DNA of 64,000 bases, counting the filler, from an uncultured bacterium (GTDB taxonomy: Bacteria > DAOPZR01): NCBI GenBank assembly GCA_964637655.1. It is 11 parts of 11 records of this genome, joined end to end, with 100 filler letters (N's around TTAATTAATTAA, not from the genome) between each part and the next. Parts side by side here need not be neighbours in the genome. Positions count along the whole stretch, not along the records: positions 47,620 to 53,382 come from CAZWUZ010000245.1; positions 53,483 to 59,236 come from CAZWUZ010000246.1; positions 59,337 to 64,000 come from CAZWUZ010000292.1; 8 more parts are not named here. One strand, written 5' to 3'. Both the position numbers and the translations under genes were made by a program. Under the pieces are notes generated by a model, which saw only the letters and a program-made list of their open reading frames with translations, searched no databases and had not been told where the DNA came from. Positions 52,815 to 63,125 of this stretch are shown here, piece by piece (positions within the stretch are counted from its first letter, which is position 1; each line of letters opens with the position of its first letter).

Positions 52815-53147
52815 CTACACCGCACCCTCACCCTGCCCTCTCCCTCGCTGAGGGAGAGGGTATTTGCCTTCCCCCTCGCTGAGGGGGAAGGCTGGATGAG
52901 GGTGTCTCTGTGCTGTTTTTCGTTCCCGTCGCCGTTCGCGCAGCAACTGACTGCTGGTGATGCCGCGCAACGAGCCGCGCGCAGCACGTACCGGATCATC
53001 CGGCAACGGCACTATGGTAATGCCATATCCTGTATCGAGCAGGCATACCCGTGAACCGGTGCGCAGGCCGTAGCAGCGTCGCATGGCGGCGGGGATACGC
53101 ACCTGCCCGGCGGCATTGACCGTCACTGCCGCGTGGTGTTCAGGCAT
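52815..53147 (-). CDS. AbrB/MazE/SpoVT-family DNA-binding antitoxin with no toxin; frame runs on into a REP-like repeat
   Basis: VTV...GQVRIPA..R..YGL..G..V.......I.IVP...DP.....G.L. Confidence 0.7.
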   Translation of the reverse strand: MPEHHAAVTVNAAGQVRIPAAMRRCYGLRTGSRVCLLDTGYGITIVPLPDDPVRAARGSLRGITSSQLLRERRRERKTAQRHPHPAFPLSEGEGKYPLPQRGRGQGEGAV

Positions 53148-53382
53148 TGGTCAGGGCGGCGACGATTTTCGCGGCGGCGTGTCCGTCGCCGTAATGCGGC
53201 GGGCGCACTGCCGTCGGGCGCGGGCGAACCAGCGCGGCAGCGAGGCGTGCCGGATCGGCATCGACGAGCACATTCCAGCCGTCGCCCAGCGTCTCACGCC
53301 ACTCGGTCGAAGGGCGCATGGTCGTGCAGGGGAGGCCGAGCCAGTACGCCTCCTTCTGCATGCCGCCGGACTCGGTGACGAG
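53140..53382 (-). CDS. wecB: UDP-N-acetylhexosamine 2-epimerase (WecB/WbpI family), C-terminal fragment
   Basis: TESGGMQKEAY...PC.T.R..TEW.ET...GWN.LV, YGDGHAA.KI. Confidence 0.88.
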   Translation of the reverse strand, partial: LVTESGGMQKEAYWLGLPCTTMRPSTEWRETLGDGWNVLVDADPARLAAALVRPRPTAVRPPHYGDGHAAAKIVAALTNA

Positions 53383-53482
53383 NNNNNNNNNNNNNNNNNN
53401 NNNNNNNNNNNNNNNNNNNNNNNNNNTTAATTAATTAANNNNNNNNNNNNNNNNNNNNNNNNNNNNNNNNNNNNNNNNNNNN

Positions 53483-55700
53483 CGAGCCTGCCCGCCACCT
53501 GGTCCCGGGTTACGCCGAGGATCTGCTCGTAGGCGGGATTGACGTCGAGAATGCGGTAGTCGCACGGCGTACCGTCCTCGCCGGTCACCAGTTCGTGCAG
53601 CGCGACGCCGTCCGTCATGGTGGTGAACAGCGAGCGGTAGCGTTCCTCGCTGGCACGCAGTGCGTGTTCCGCCCGGCGGCTGTCAGTGATATCGATGTTG
53701 ACCCCGACAATTCCCAGCACCTGCTCCGCGGCAGCGATACGACTGAGCACATAGCGGTAGTCGCGCTGTACACCGTCGACCGTGTACGATACCTCGCCTT
53801 CCAGCCGCTTTCCCTCCAGCACTGCGCGGTTCTGCGCTGCCCAGTGCCGGCGCTGCGCATCGTCACGCGCCACCTCCGCGGGACGCTTGCCGGTCACGTC
53901 ACCCCACAGGCAGCGGCTTGCCTCGTTCTGCAGGACATAGCGCCCGTCAATGTCCATCATCCAGATATCGAAGGGGAGGGTCTCCAGCACGCTGCGCAGG
54001 CGGGCCTCGCTCGCGCGCAGCACCTGCGCGATGGCGTTGCGCTCAGTGACGTCGCGGCCGACTGAACAGAGAAAGCGCGGCTGCCCCTCCCCGTCACGCA
54101 CCAGGGTGACGTTGAACTCGTAGGGAAGTTCGCGCCCGTCCTTCGTCAGCAGGGGGAGTTCGATGGTCAGCTCCCCGTCGCGTTCAAGGGCGGCCAGCGC
54201 CCGCGGCAGGTCGCCCGCGCAGCGCGGCGGGTGCACCGCCGGCAGCGGCAGCCGCGCCAGCTCGTTATCGCTGTAGCCGGTGACGACGCAGGCGGCGCGG
54301 TTCCAGCGGATGAGCCGGCTGCCGTCAGGGGCGATGATGACCACCGTGTCGGTCTGCGCGTTCATCACCTGCTCGGCGAAATCGCGTTCACGGCGCAGTT
54401 CAACCTCGTGCTCCTTGCGCACGGTGAGGTCCTGCGTCACCCTGATCAGCCCGGCATACGTCCCGCGCGCGTCATGGGTCGCGTGCCACTCACCGTACAG
54501 CCAGCGGGAGCGCCCGTCCCGCGGCAGCGTGCGGAACTCGACGCCCGGGGCGAACTCGCCGCGCATGACCACCGCGATGGTCTGCCGCACCCGCTCCCGG
54601 TCGTCAGGATGGACCTGCGCCAGCAGGTTCTCCGCCGTGGGTGCTATACTCCCCGGCTCGAGCCCGTGCTGGCGGTAGAGTTCCGGCGACCAGCAGATGC
54701 TGCCTGCGGCATCCTTGGTCCCGTAGCCCATCTGCCCGATGCGCAGTGCCGCGCGCAACGTCCGTTCTGTTTCCAGCAGCGCCTGGGTACGCCGCGCCAC
54801 CTCGCGCTTGAGCACAAGATTGCCGAGCAGCGCCAGCACCAGCAGCAGCGCGGCAATCCCGATCCCGGCGGCAAACTGCGGCAGGTAGTCGCGCCAGGTC
54901 AGCGGCGGCGGCACGCGCATGCTGATCCAGCGTGCCTGCAGCGCGGCAAACTCCGCCGGCGTCACCAGCGCCATGCCCCGTTCGAGGATGCCGATCAGCG
55001 GTTCCCAGTCGCGGCGCACGGCAAAGCCCGACATGTTGTCCACGGAGCCGGTGCCGGTCACGCGCAGCGTGGTGATGCCCGCACGCTCGATGCCCAGCGA
55101 GGCGGTGGCCAGGTCATGATAGAAGGCATCCGCTTCGCCGAACGCGACCGCGCGCAGACCCGCCGCCACGTCCGTCACCGGCAGCGGACGGATGGCGGGG
55201 TTCTCACGCACGATCAGTTCCGCGTGAGCGTAGTTGCGCACCAGGGCCACGCGTTTTCCTGACAGCGCGTGCGCGTCGGCAAAGGCCGCGCCGGTCTGGC
55301 GGGCGATAATAACCATCGGCAGGTGCAGGTAAGGGCGGGCGAAACGCAGGTAGCGCTCGCGTTCGGGAGTGCGCACCGTGACGTTGAGCAGGTCCACCTC
55401 ACGCCGCTGCGCTTTTTCCAGCACTTCGCTCCACGTGGCGCAGCGCACGACGGTGAACGCGCAGCCGAGTTTGCGCGCAACCAGCCGCGCATAGTCAGCC
55501 GCCAGCCCGCTGTACGTGCCGTCAGGGATGAAAAACTCGAGGGGGGCGAAGTCGGGATCAGGGGCGAGGCGGATGACCGGGTGCGCGTCCAGCCAGGCGC
55601 GCTGCTCCGCGGTCAGCGGGTCAGCGGCTGGTGCACCGGCGGCCGCGGTTGCGTACAGCAGCGCCATGAAAAGAAGTGCCAGCAACCGCCGGTAGTGCAT
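53483..55700 (-). CDS. Sensor protein: periplasmic solute-binding domain, TM helix, multiple PAS/PAC domains; output domain cut off
   Basis: LTAEQRAWL..HP.IR..PDPDFAP.EF (BvgS-like); VHPDDRERV; repeated DITE/DVTER PAC ends. Confidence 0.9.
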
Positions 55701-55769
55701 CCGCCCGACTGCCTCCCTCAATGCGCAGGATAGCCGCAATTGTAGCACAAACCGGGGGACAGCGTCCAA

Positions 55770-56582
55770 CTATTTGAGATAGTACATCTTCTTCCCGCTG
55801 CCGATCTGCACCGCCAGTTCGATGTGCGGCTTGATTGCCGACATGGCGATCTTCCCCATCAGCACCTGCTCGACCTGGAAGATACCGGTGGCATCCTTCA
55901 TCTTGATGAAAATCTCGATGGGTTTCTTCTGCCCGCACTGGATGGTGACGTCCGTCACGCTCATCGCCGAGTGCTGGTGGATGTCGCCGATATGCGGCTC
56001 GTGATGTTTCTGCGCGAGGATGCGCGCCCGTCCGTTCTCCATGTCGCAGCCGTCGCTGACCAGCACAACACCCGCTTCGATGGACGACACGCTCATGTGC
56101 GCCATGTGTCCCATGATGCACTCGTAGATATAGGAGCGCAGGACATAGACCAGCCCCTCGTCCTCGTAGACATGGCGCAGCACCCCGAGAATGAACGGAT
56201 CACCCAGGCGCGCGGAATGAAACTCGTGGTCCTGACGCGAGATGGACATCCCCAGGTCGTGCAGGTAGGCGGCGACGACTACCACCAGGCGCGCGTCGTC
56301 AAGGTCGCCCGTCCCTTCCTTCACCACGTGGGGCTCGATCCCCGCCTGTTCGAGCAGGTCCATGAAGGTCAGCGCGTTGAGCGCCGCCGTCTTGGTGTGC
56401 ACCCGCCCGTGGTCGTTCATCTGCAGCCGCTCGATGGAAACGACATTGCAGAACTGCATGAGCTGTTCGAGCGGCTTGTGATCAAGCAGATAGGCCACCG
56501 CCTGGTGGCATTTTCCCGTCGTGCGCGCCAGCAGCTGCGCGTCGAGCTGCTCCTCGAACTTGCTCTTCTTGTAGACCTTCAT
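55770..56582 (-). CDS. HD-superfamily phosphohydrolase
   Basis: MNDHGRVH, YLHDLGM...R..HE.HS, EAG....DG.DM..GRAR, IH.HSA. Confidence 0.9.
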   Translation of the reverse strand: MKVYKKSKFEEQLDAQLLARTTGKCHQAVAYLLDHKPLEQLMQFCNVVSIERLQMNDHGRVHTKTAALNALTFMDLLEQAGIEPHVVKEGTGDLDDARLVVVVAAYLHDLGMSISRQDHEFHSARLGDPFILGVLRHVYEDEGLVYVLRSYIYECIMGHMAHMSVSSIEAGVVLVSDGCDMENGRARILAQKHHEPHIGDIHQHSAMSVTDVTIQCGQKKPIEIFIKMKDATGIFQVEQVLMGKIAMSAIKPHIELAVQIGSGKKMYYLK

Positions 56583-56601
56583 CGTTGCCTCCGGCCGGGC
56601 G

Positions 56602-58452
56602 CTACGAGGCGCGCGCCATGATGCGGTTGAGCCGCCGCACGAAGTCGGCGGTATCCTTCGTCTCCGCGCCCGCGAGCAGCAGCGCTCCGTCGAGCAGCAG
56701 CGTGCTGAGGTCGCCGATAAGCTGCGCGTCCTCGGTGATGGACAGCTTGGTGACAATGGGGTGCGACGGGTTCAGCTCGAGGATGGGGGGGGCATCGGGC
56801 AGCTCGTGCTGCCCCATCATTTTCATCATCATGCGCACCTGCGCCGTCGGGGCGTTCGCCTCGAGCACCACGCAGGCGGGCGCGTCCGTCAGCCGCGCCG
56901 AGACGCGCACGTCCTTGACCCGCGCCCCGAGCGACTGTTTCACCTTCTCCGCCACCGGGGTCGCCAGTTTCGCCTTTTCCCGGTCCGCGTCCGTCAGCAG
57001 GTCCTTGGCCGCGTCCTCGCGGCTGATATCGATTAGATCGAACTCGCCGTATTTCCCCGCCCCGCCGTAGACGATCTCGTCGATCTGCTCGTCGAGGATC
57101 AGCACCTCGATGCCTTTTTCCTTGTAGAACTCGAGCAGCGGGGAGGAGCGCAGCGTCTCTTCGCCCACCCCGGCAAGATAGTAGATTTTTTTCTGCTCCG
57201 CTCCCATGCGCGCCTGGTACTCGGCGAACGTGGTGAACCCCGCGACCGCCGTCGACTTGGCCAGCATCAGGTCGAAGAGCGCGTCGCGGTGGGCATAGTC
57301 CTGGAACAGCCCCTCGCGCAGCGGGATGCCGAACTGCTTCCAGAAATCGACATACTTCTCGCGGTTCTCCTTCAGCAGCTTCGCCAGTTCCCCGAGGATG
57401 TGCTTGACCGCGCTGCTCTTGATCTTCGCCAGCACCGCGTTCTGCTGCAGGATCTCGCGGCTGACATTCAGCGGCAGGTCCTCGCAGTCGATGACGCCGC
57501 GCACGAAACGCAGCCACGCGGGGAGCATCTCCTTGTCCTCGTCGGTGATGAACACCCGCTTGATGTAGAGCTTGATGCCCGGGCGGTAGTCGGCGCGGAA
57601 CAGGTCGAAGGGCGCTTTCTGCGGCACGTAGAAGAGGGTGATGTACTCGATCGTCCCTTCCGCCCGCGTGTGCAGGTGCAGCAGGGGTTCCTCGTCCGTG
57701 TGCGCGATCTCCTGGTAGAAGGCCGCGTAATCCCCGTCCTGCAATTCGCTCTTGGGACGCCGCCAGAGCGCCGTGGCCGCGTTGACCTGTTCCGCCTTCG
57801 TTTCCTGCTTCCCGTCCGTCTCCTCCTCGTAGTGCAGGTGGATGGGGAAGACCACGTGGTTGCTGTACTTTTTGATGATACTCTCCAGCGACCAGCGCGC
57901 GGCATATTCCTTCCCTTCCGCGTTCAGGTGCAGGATGATGGTCGTCCCGTGGCTGTCGCGTGTCGCGGGGGCGATGGTGAACCCGGTCTTGCCGTCGCTC
58001 TCCCAGCGATGCGCCGCGTCGGTGCCCGCCTTGCGGCTGATGACCTCGATGCGGTCCGCCACCATGAACGCCGAGTAGAAGCCGACCCCGAACTGCCCGA
58101 TGAGGTTGGCGTCCTTGCGCGACTCGCCTTCGAGCGCGGCGAGGAATTCCTTGGTGCCCGAACGCGCGATGGTGCCGAGGTTGGCCGCCAGGTCCGCCTC
58201 GTCCATGCCGATCCCCGAATCGCTGATGGTCAGCGTCGGGCTGTCGCCTGTGGTGAACGAGACATCGATGCGCGGCTCGAACGCCAGCGGCTTGTAGGCC
58301 GCGTCAGTCAGCGTCAGGTGACGCAGCTTGTCGATGGCGTCCGAGGCGTTCGAAATCAGCTCGCGCAGGAAGATCTCCTTGTGCGAGTAAAGCGAGTGGA
58401 TGATCAGGTGCAGCAGTTGCGATACTTCCGTCTGGAATTGCTGTGTGGCCAT
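56602..58452 (-). CDS. htpG: Chaperone HtpG (Hsp90)
   Basis: HSLYSHKEIFLRELISNASDA, NLGTIARSGT, IGQFGVGFYS, LPLNVSREILQ. Confidence 0.98.
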   Translation of the reverse strand: MATQQFQTEVSQLLHLIIHSLYSHKEIFLRELISNASDAIDKLRHLTLTDAAYKPLAFEPRIDVSFTTGDSPTLTISDSGIGMDEADLAANLGTIARSGTKEFLAALEGESRKDANLIGQFGVGFYSAFMVADRIEVISRKAGTDAAHRWESDGKTGFTIAPATRDSHGTTIILHLNAEGKEYAARWSLESIIKKYSNHVVFPIHLHYEEETDGKQETKAEQVNAATALWRRPKSELQDGDYAAFYQEIAHTDEEPLLHLHTRAEGTIEYITLFYVPQKAPFDLFRADYRPGIKLYIKRVFITDEDKEMLPAWLRFVRGVIDCEDLPLNVSREILQQNAVLAKIKSSAVKHILGELAKLLKENREKYVDFWKQFGIPLREGLFQDYAHRDALFDLMLAKSTAVAGFTTFAEYQARMGAEQKKIYYLAGVGEETLRSSPLLEFYKEKGIEVLILDEQIDEIVYGGAGKYGEFDLIDISREDAAKDLLTDADREKAKLATPVAEKVKQSLGARVKDVRVSARLTDAPACVVLEANAPTAQVRMMMKMMGQHELPDAPPILELNPSHPIVTKLSITEDAQLIGDLSTLLLDGALLLAGAETKDTADFVRRLNRIMARAS

Positions 58453-58547
58453 GTCGTCTGGTCTCCTTGTTCAATCGGCTATGATAGCAGATTCGCGCGC
58501 GCGTGGCAAAAAACGGGCAGGGACAACCGCGTCCCTGCCCTGCAGTG

Positions 58548-58979
58548 TTAGCCGATGTTCACCTGCACCTGGCGCGGCTTCGTCTCCTCTTTTTTCGTCA
58601 GCGTGATGGTGAGTACCCCGTCCTTCAGTACCCCTTCGACCGTGCCGTGGTCCACCGTGTCAGGCAGCAGCAGCGTGCGGTGGAAACTGCCGTAGCTCCG
58701 CTCGATACGGTGCTGCCGTGTCCCTTTCCCCGTCTCGTGCTCCTCTTTCTTCTCGCCGCGGATGGTCAGCACGCCGTTCTCCACGGTCACCTGCAGTCCT
58801 TCACGCGGGACCCCCGGGACCTCCGTGCGGATGACGTACTGCCGCTCGTTCTCCTCGACATCCAGCGGCGGCACCAGCAGTTCGCGGATGCGGTTTTCGC
58901 CGCGCAGGCCGTCCAGCCAGCAGTTGTAGTCGTCGCAACCGACCAGTTCACGTAGTGGTTTCCATCGTACCAGTGTCAT
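58548..58979 (-). CDS. Hsp20/alpha-crystallin small heat-shock protein
   Basis: PPLDV.E, E.PG, LTIRGEK, ERSYGSF.R...LP, DGVLTI. Confidence 0.95.
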   Translation of the reverse strand: MTLVRWKPLRELVGCDDYNCWLDGLRGENRIRELLVPPLDVEENERQYVIRTEVPGVPREGLQVTVENGVLTIRGEKKEEHETGKGTRQHRIERSYGSFHRTLLLPDTVDHGTVEGVLKDGVLTITLTKKEETKPRQVQVNIG

Positions 58980-59025
58980 GATCAACGCCCCCTTTCGTGT
59001 TTTATTCTCTTCTGCACTCTCTTAG

Positions 59026-59042
59026 AGCACACCTCATGCCAA
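59026..59042 (-). promoter_or_regulatory. sigma54 (-24/-12) promoter of hsp20
   Basis: Minus strand TTGGCATGAGGTGTGCT (GG-N10-GC) about 45 nt upstream of the ATG. Confidence 0.65.
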
Positions 59043-59638
59043 TACACGTCTATGACTATAATGCTCTTTATTTAAAGGAGATATATTAGTTCGTAGCCAG
59101 CACAACAGCATGCCGTTCTGGCACACAAACTGCCAAATGAAATCGTGAAATCGGTCGGGGACGGAGCTCAAGATATTAATTTTTAATTATAATATTTATA
59201 TTTAAAAATGATATACAAAATGACAGCAGGGCATTTNNNNNNNNNNNNNNNNNNNNNNNNNNNNNNNNNNNNNNNNNNNNTTAATTAATTAANNNNNNNN
59301 NNNNNNNNNNNNNNNNNNNNNNNNNNNNNNNNNNNNCCACGGGTCGATGGGGCGGTCGTGCCGCGGCAGCGGACAGCGTTGGGCGGGTGCGGCGGAAGAG
59401 CGTTTTGCAGCGGTCATGGCGATATGCCTCCGGGGGGCTGGGTGCCCATGGCAGGCATAGCATATCGCACGGCAACAGACAAGCGCCCGTCTGCCATGGA
59501 CGGCCTGGCGATGGCCTGCACACAGGAGGTGTGCGTGCCACCGCTGCCACGGACGGCTCAGCGGTGGCGTCCTGCGCTTGCGTCGGCGGGGGCAATTATT
59601 TACAATACCTGTTATTGCTGTTTCGCAAGGAGAAGACC

Positions 59639-60154
59639 ATGCGCTTCCTGCTGATGCTCGTAGTGCTGCTGACGGCGGTGCCGCTGGCGGCGGAGAATAC
59701 CACGCCGGCCGCGACGCCGGGGTTCGACCGCCAGCTGCTGGAGGAGAACGAGCGGCTGCGGCAGGGACTGGAGCGGCGCGAGACGGAGATGCGCACACTG
59801 GAGTATCAGCTGCAGCAGGCGCAGGAGGAACTGGCGCGCACGCAGCAGACCATCACCGTCATGCAGCAGGAACTGCAGGAACTGGTGGCGGAACTGGCGC
59901 AGCTGCGGGCGACGACCCCGCGCGCGGCAGCCCGTCCGGCGACTGCAGGAACGACCCCGGCCCCGGCGCGCCCGCGCCCGGCGGTCAGTCCGAACGCGCG
60001 GCGGCACACGGTGGCGGCGGGAGAAACGCTGGCGCAGATCGCGGAAAAGTACTACGGGGCGGGTGCCTCATGGCAGCGGATTTTCGATGCCAATACCGAC
60101 AAGCTCACCTCCCCGCAGGTCATCGTTACCGGCATGACGCTGGTGATCCCGTAG
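59639..60154 (+). CDS. Secreted coiled-coil + LysM protein
   Basis: AGGAG RBS, signal peptide, heptads, HTVAAGETL..IA..YYG....W..I..AN. Confidence 0.9.
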   Translation: MRFLLMLVVLLTAVPLAAENTTPAATPGFDRQLLEENERLRQGLERRETEMRTLEYQLQQAQEELARTQQTITVMQQELQELVAELAQLRATTPRAAARPATAGTTPAPARPRPAVSPNARRHTVAAGETLAQIAEKYYGAGASWQRIFDANTDKLTSPQVIVTGMTLVIP

Positions 60155-60155
60155 C

Positions 60156-62399
60156 ATGTTCATCGCCTGGCTGGAACGCAACTGGACGCAGCGCCGCACC
60201 CGCACGGCTGTCATCATTTCGCTGCTCATCGCCCTGCTGGTCTTCTGGCTGCAACACTGGGGCTGGTTCGAACTGACCGAGAGCAAGACGCTTGACTGGC
60301 GCTACCGCGAGTTTCGTGCCCAGACGCACCTGCGCGAGGACATCGTCATCCTCGATATCGACGAGGAGAGCATCAAGGCGATGGAGCAGATCTGGGGGCG
60401 GTTCCCCTGGCCGCGCCGGGTCCACGCCGAGATGCTTGCCTACCTGGGGATGGCGCAGGCGAAGGCGGTGGCGTTTGACGTGCTGCTGACGGAACCGACG
60501 CAGAATCCCGAAGTGGTCTGCCCGGTGGACGGCACGCGCTTCCGCCAGTACGACGAGATGTCGCATCCCGATTATCAGCTGGCGAATGCCACGGCCATGA
60601 GCGGGCTTACCCATCATGCCATGCAGTTCATCCCGCCCAACGTCATTACCGGCACGGACACGGCGGTGGAATCGCTGGCGCGTTTCGCCATCGACCTGCC
60701 GCCGCCGGAGGCGGGCATCAGTTTCACCGAGGAGTACGCGGTTACCGCGCCGCTGGCCATCCTGGCGGAGAATGCCGCCGGGGTTGGCGCCATCAACGTC
60801 ATCCCCGACACCGACGGCCCGGTGCGCCGTTCGTTCACCTTCATCCGCTTCAAAAACAAGCTCTACCCGTCGCTGAGCATCTCGGTGGTGCTGGCGCTGG
60901 CCTCGACGCCGGAACACCGGGCGACGGTGCGCTTCACGCCGGAGATGATCCACATCGAAAACCCGCACTTCACCGTGAACGGGCAGACACGCCCGGTGCA
61001 TTACCGGATCCCGGTCGATGGCGGCGGGCGGATGCAGGTGCATTACTACGGGGGTGATCATACCTACCGCTACACCCCGTACTACGAGATCTTCCTGGTC
61101 AACGACCCGACCACTGATCTCGAGGCGTTCCGCGACAGAATCGTGCTGATCGGTTCGACGGCATCGGGGCTGATGGACCTGCGCACCAGTCCGTTTTCGT
61201 CGGTCTATCCCGGGGTTGAGGTGCATGCCAACCTGATCAACAACATCCTCGCGCAGGACTACCTGACGTGGGAACCACCCTGGCTGCTGCTCGTCGTGCT
61301 GCTGGCGCTGGCGGGGATCATGGGGTTGTGGGTGGCGCCGCACCGCGCGCTGGAAGGGGCGCTGCTGACGCTGCTGCTGGCGGCACTCTACCTCGTGCTG
61401 GTGGTGACGGGCTTCGAACACCTCAACATCGCGTTGTCGCTGGTGGCGCCGCTGACCTTCCTCGGCGTGGACTACATTGTGCTGACGGGCGCGGGGTACA
61501 TGGTCGAGGAGCGCAAGCGGCGGCAGGTGACAGGCGCCTTCTCGCAGTACGTCAATCCCGAGGTGGTCAAGGAGATTCTCAAGGACCCGGAGAAACTGAA
61601 ACTGGGCGGCGACAAGCGCGAAATCAGCATTTTCTTCTCCGACCTGGCGGGGTTCACCACCATCGCCGAAAAACTCGATTCGGCGGTACTGGTACCGCTG
61701 CTCAACGAGTACCTGACGGCAATGTCGGACATTATCCTGCGCTACGACGGGACGGTGGACAAGTTCATCGGGGACGCGGTGATGGCGTTCTGGAACGCGC
61801 CGCTGTCACAGCCGGACCACGCGAAACGCGCCTGCTGGGCGGCCATCGAGCAGCTGGCGAAACTGGACGAACTGCGGGTCAAGTGGCTGGCGGAGGGATA
61901 CCCGGAGATGAACGCGCGTGCGGGCATCAACACGGGCGTGGTGGTGGTCGGCAACATGGGCTCGCGGACGCTGAAAAACTACACGGTGATCGGCGACACC
62001 ATCAACCTCGGGGCGCGCCTCGAACCGGCGAACAAGCCGTACGGCACGCGCCTGATGATCAGCGAATTCACCTACGCGCAGGCGAAGGAGTTTGTCGAGG
62101 TGCGGCGGCTGGACGCCATCCAGGTGAAAGGCAAGACGCGCGGCATCGAGGTGTTCGAACTGATTGCCAAAAAGGGTGAACTGACGCCGGCGCAGCGCGA
62201 ACTGCTGGCGGCCTACGGCGAGGGGATGGAGTGCTATCTCAACCGCCGCTGGGAGCAGGGAATCGCCGCGTTCACCGCGGCGCTCAAACTGGCGCCCGAG
62301 GACGGCCCGTCGCGGCTGTATGTCGAACGCTGCCAGGTCTACCGGCAGGAAGCGCCGCCGGACGACTGGAACGGCATCTTCGTGATGAAGACGAAATAG
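60156..62399 (+). CDS. CHASE2-domain class III adenylate/guanylate cyclase with TPR-like tail
   Basis: IVILDIDE, GRFPWPR, PGVEVHAN, three TM helices, FFSDLAGFT, DKFIGDAVMAFW, YTVIGD..NLGARLE. Confidence 0.95.
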   Translation: MFIAWLERNWTQRRTRTAVIISLLIALLVFWLQHWGWFELTESKTLDWRYREFRAQTHLREDIVILDIDEESIKAMEQIWGRFPWPRRVHAEMLAYLGMAQAKAVAFDVLLTEPTQNPEVVCPVDGTRFRQYDEMSHPDYQLANATAMSGLTHHAMQFIPPNVITGTDTAVESLARFAIDLPPPEAGISFTEEYAVTAPLAILAENAAGVGAINVIPDTDGPVRRSFTFIRFKNKLYPSLSISVVLALASTPEHRATVRFTPEMIHIENPHFTVNGQTRPVHYRIPVDGGGRMQVHYYGGDHTYRYTPYYEIFLVNDPTTDLEAFRDRIVLIGSTASGLMDLRTSPFSSVYPGVEVHANLINNILAQDYLTWEPPWLLLVVLLALAGIMGLWVAPHRALEGALLTLLLAALYLVLVVTGFEHLNIALSLVAPLTFLGVDYIVLTGAGYMVEERKRRQVTGAFSQYVNPEVVKEILKDPEKLKLGGDKREISIFFSDLAGFTTIAEKLDSAVLVPLLNEYLTAMSDIILRYDGTVDKFIGDAVMAFWNAPLSQPDHAKRACWAAIEQLAKLDELRVKWLAEGYPEMNARAGINTGVVVVGNMGSRTLKNYTVIGDTINLGARLEPANKPYGTRLMISEFTYAQAKEFVEVRRLDAIQVKGKTRGIEVFELIAKKGELTPAQRELLAAYGEGMECYLNRRWEQGIAAFTAALKLAPEDGPSRLYVERCQVYRQEAPPDDWNGIFVMKTK

Positions 62400-62404
62400 G
62401 AGGG

Positions 62405-63106
62405 ATGACGATGAAAGACAAACTGACCCTGCTGCGCAAGGTGCCGATCTTCCATCGCCTCACTGACGCCAGCATCCAGCAGATCGCGGCGATCGTCGAG
62501 GAACGGGCGTTCAAGAAGGGGGAAATGCTGTTCGCGGCGGGCAGCCGCGGCGACACCCTCTATATCATCAGCAAGGGGAAGGTGAAGATCTTCAAGGAGA
62601 TGCCGTCGCCGTTCGCCGGCGGGGCGGAAACCAAGATCTTCGAGATCCTCAGCGAGGGTGAATTCCTCGGCGAGATGTCGCTGCTCAACCACGAACCGCG
62701 CTGCGCGAGCGCCGCGGCGATGGAGGACTGCTGGATCTACCTGATCCACAAGCGGAACTTCAACGAGGTCATCCTGCAGCGCCCCGAGATGGCGCTCAAC
62801 ATCCTCGAAATCATCTCCAAACGCCTGCGTGATGCCGACGCGCACATCCAGGACATCACCTTCCGCAACATCCCGGGGCGGCTGGCGACACTGCTGATGC
62901 GGCTGGCGGACAAGTTCGGCAAGAAGACAGCGCAGGGTGAACTGATCGACCTGAAACTGACACAGCAGGAGATTGCGCAGACGGTCGGCACGTCGCGCGT
63001 CTATACCAGCCGCTACCTGAATGAGTTCAAGCGTGAGGGATCAATCAGCATCAGCGGCGGGCGCATCGTCATTCTCGACCGCGATAAACTGAAAACCTGG
63101 ATGTAA
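62405..63106 (+). CDS. Crp/Fnr-family cNMP-binding transcription regulator
   Basis: LYIISKGKVKI, GEFLGEMSLL...PRCASA, LTQQEIA..VGTSR. Confidence 0.95.
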   Translation: MTMKDKLTLLRKVPIFHRLTDASIQQIAAIVEERAFKKGEMLFAAGSRGDTLYIISKGKVKIFKEMPSPFAGGAETKIFEILSEGEFLGEMSLLNHEPRCASAAAMEDCWIYLIHKRNFNEVILQRPEMALNILEIISKRLRDADAHIQDITFRNIPGRLATLLMRLADKFGKKTAQGELIDLKLTQQEIAQTVGTSRVYTSRYLNEFKREGSISISGGRIVILDRDKLKTWM

Positions 63107-63125
63107 TGCCGCGTACGGCGCTGCG

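Noticed and set aside
59109..59135. Second sigma54-like GG-N10-GC on the plus strand
   Set aside because: It overlaps the putative enhancer palindrome, and no downstream gene is visible before the contig ends.
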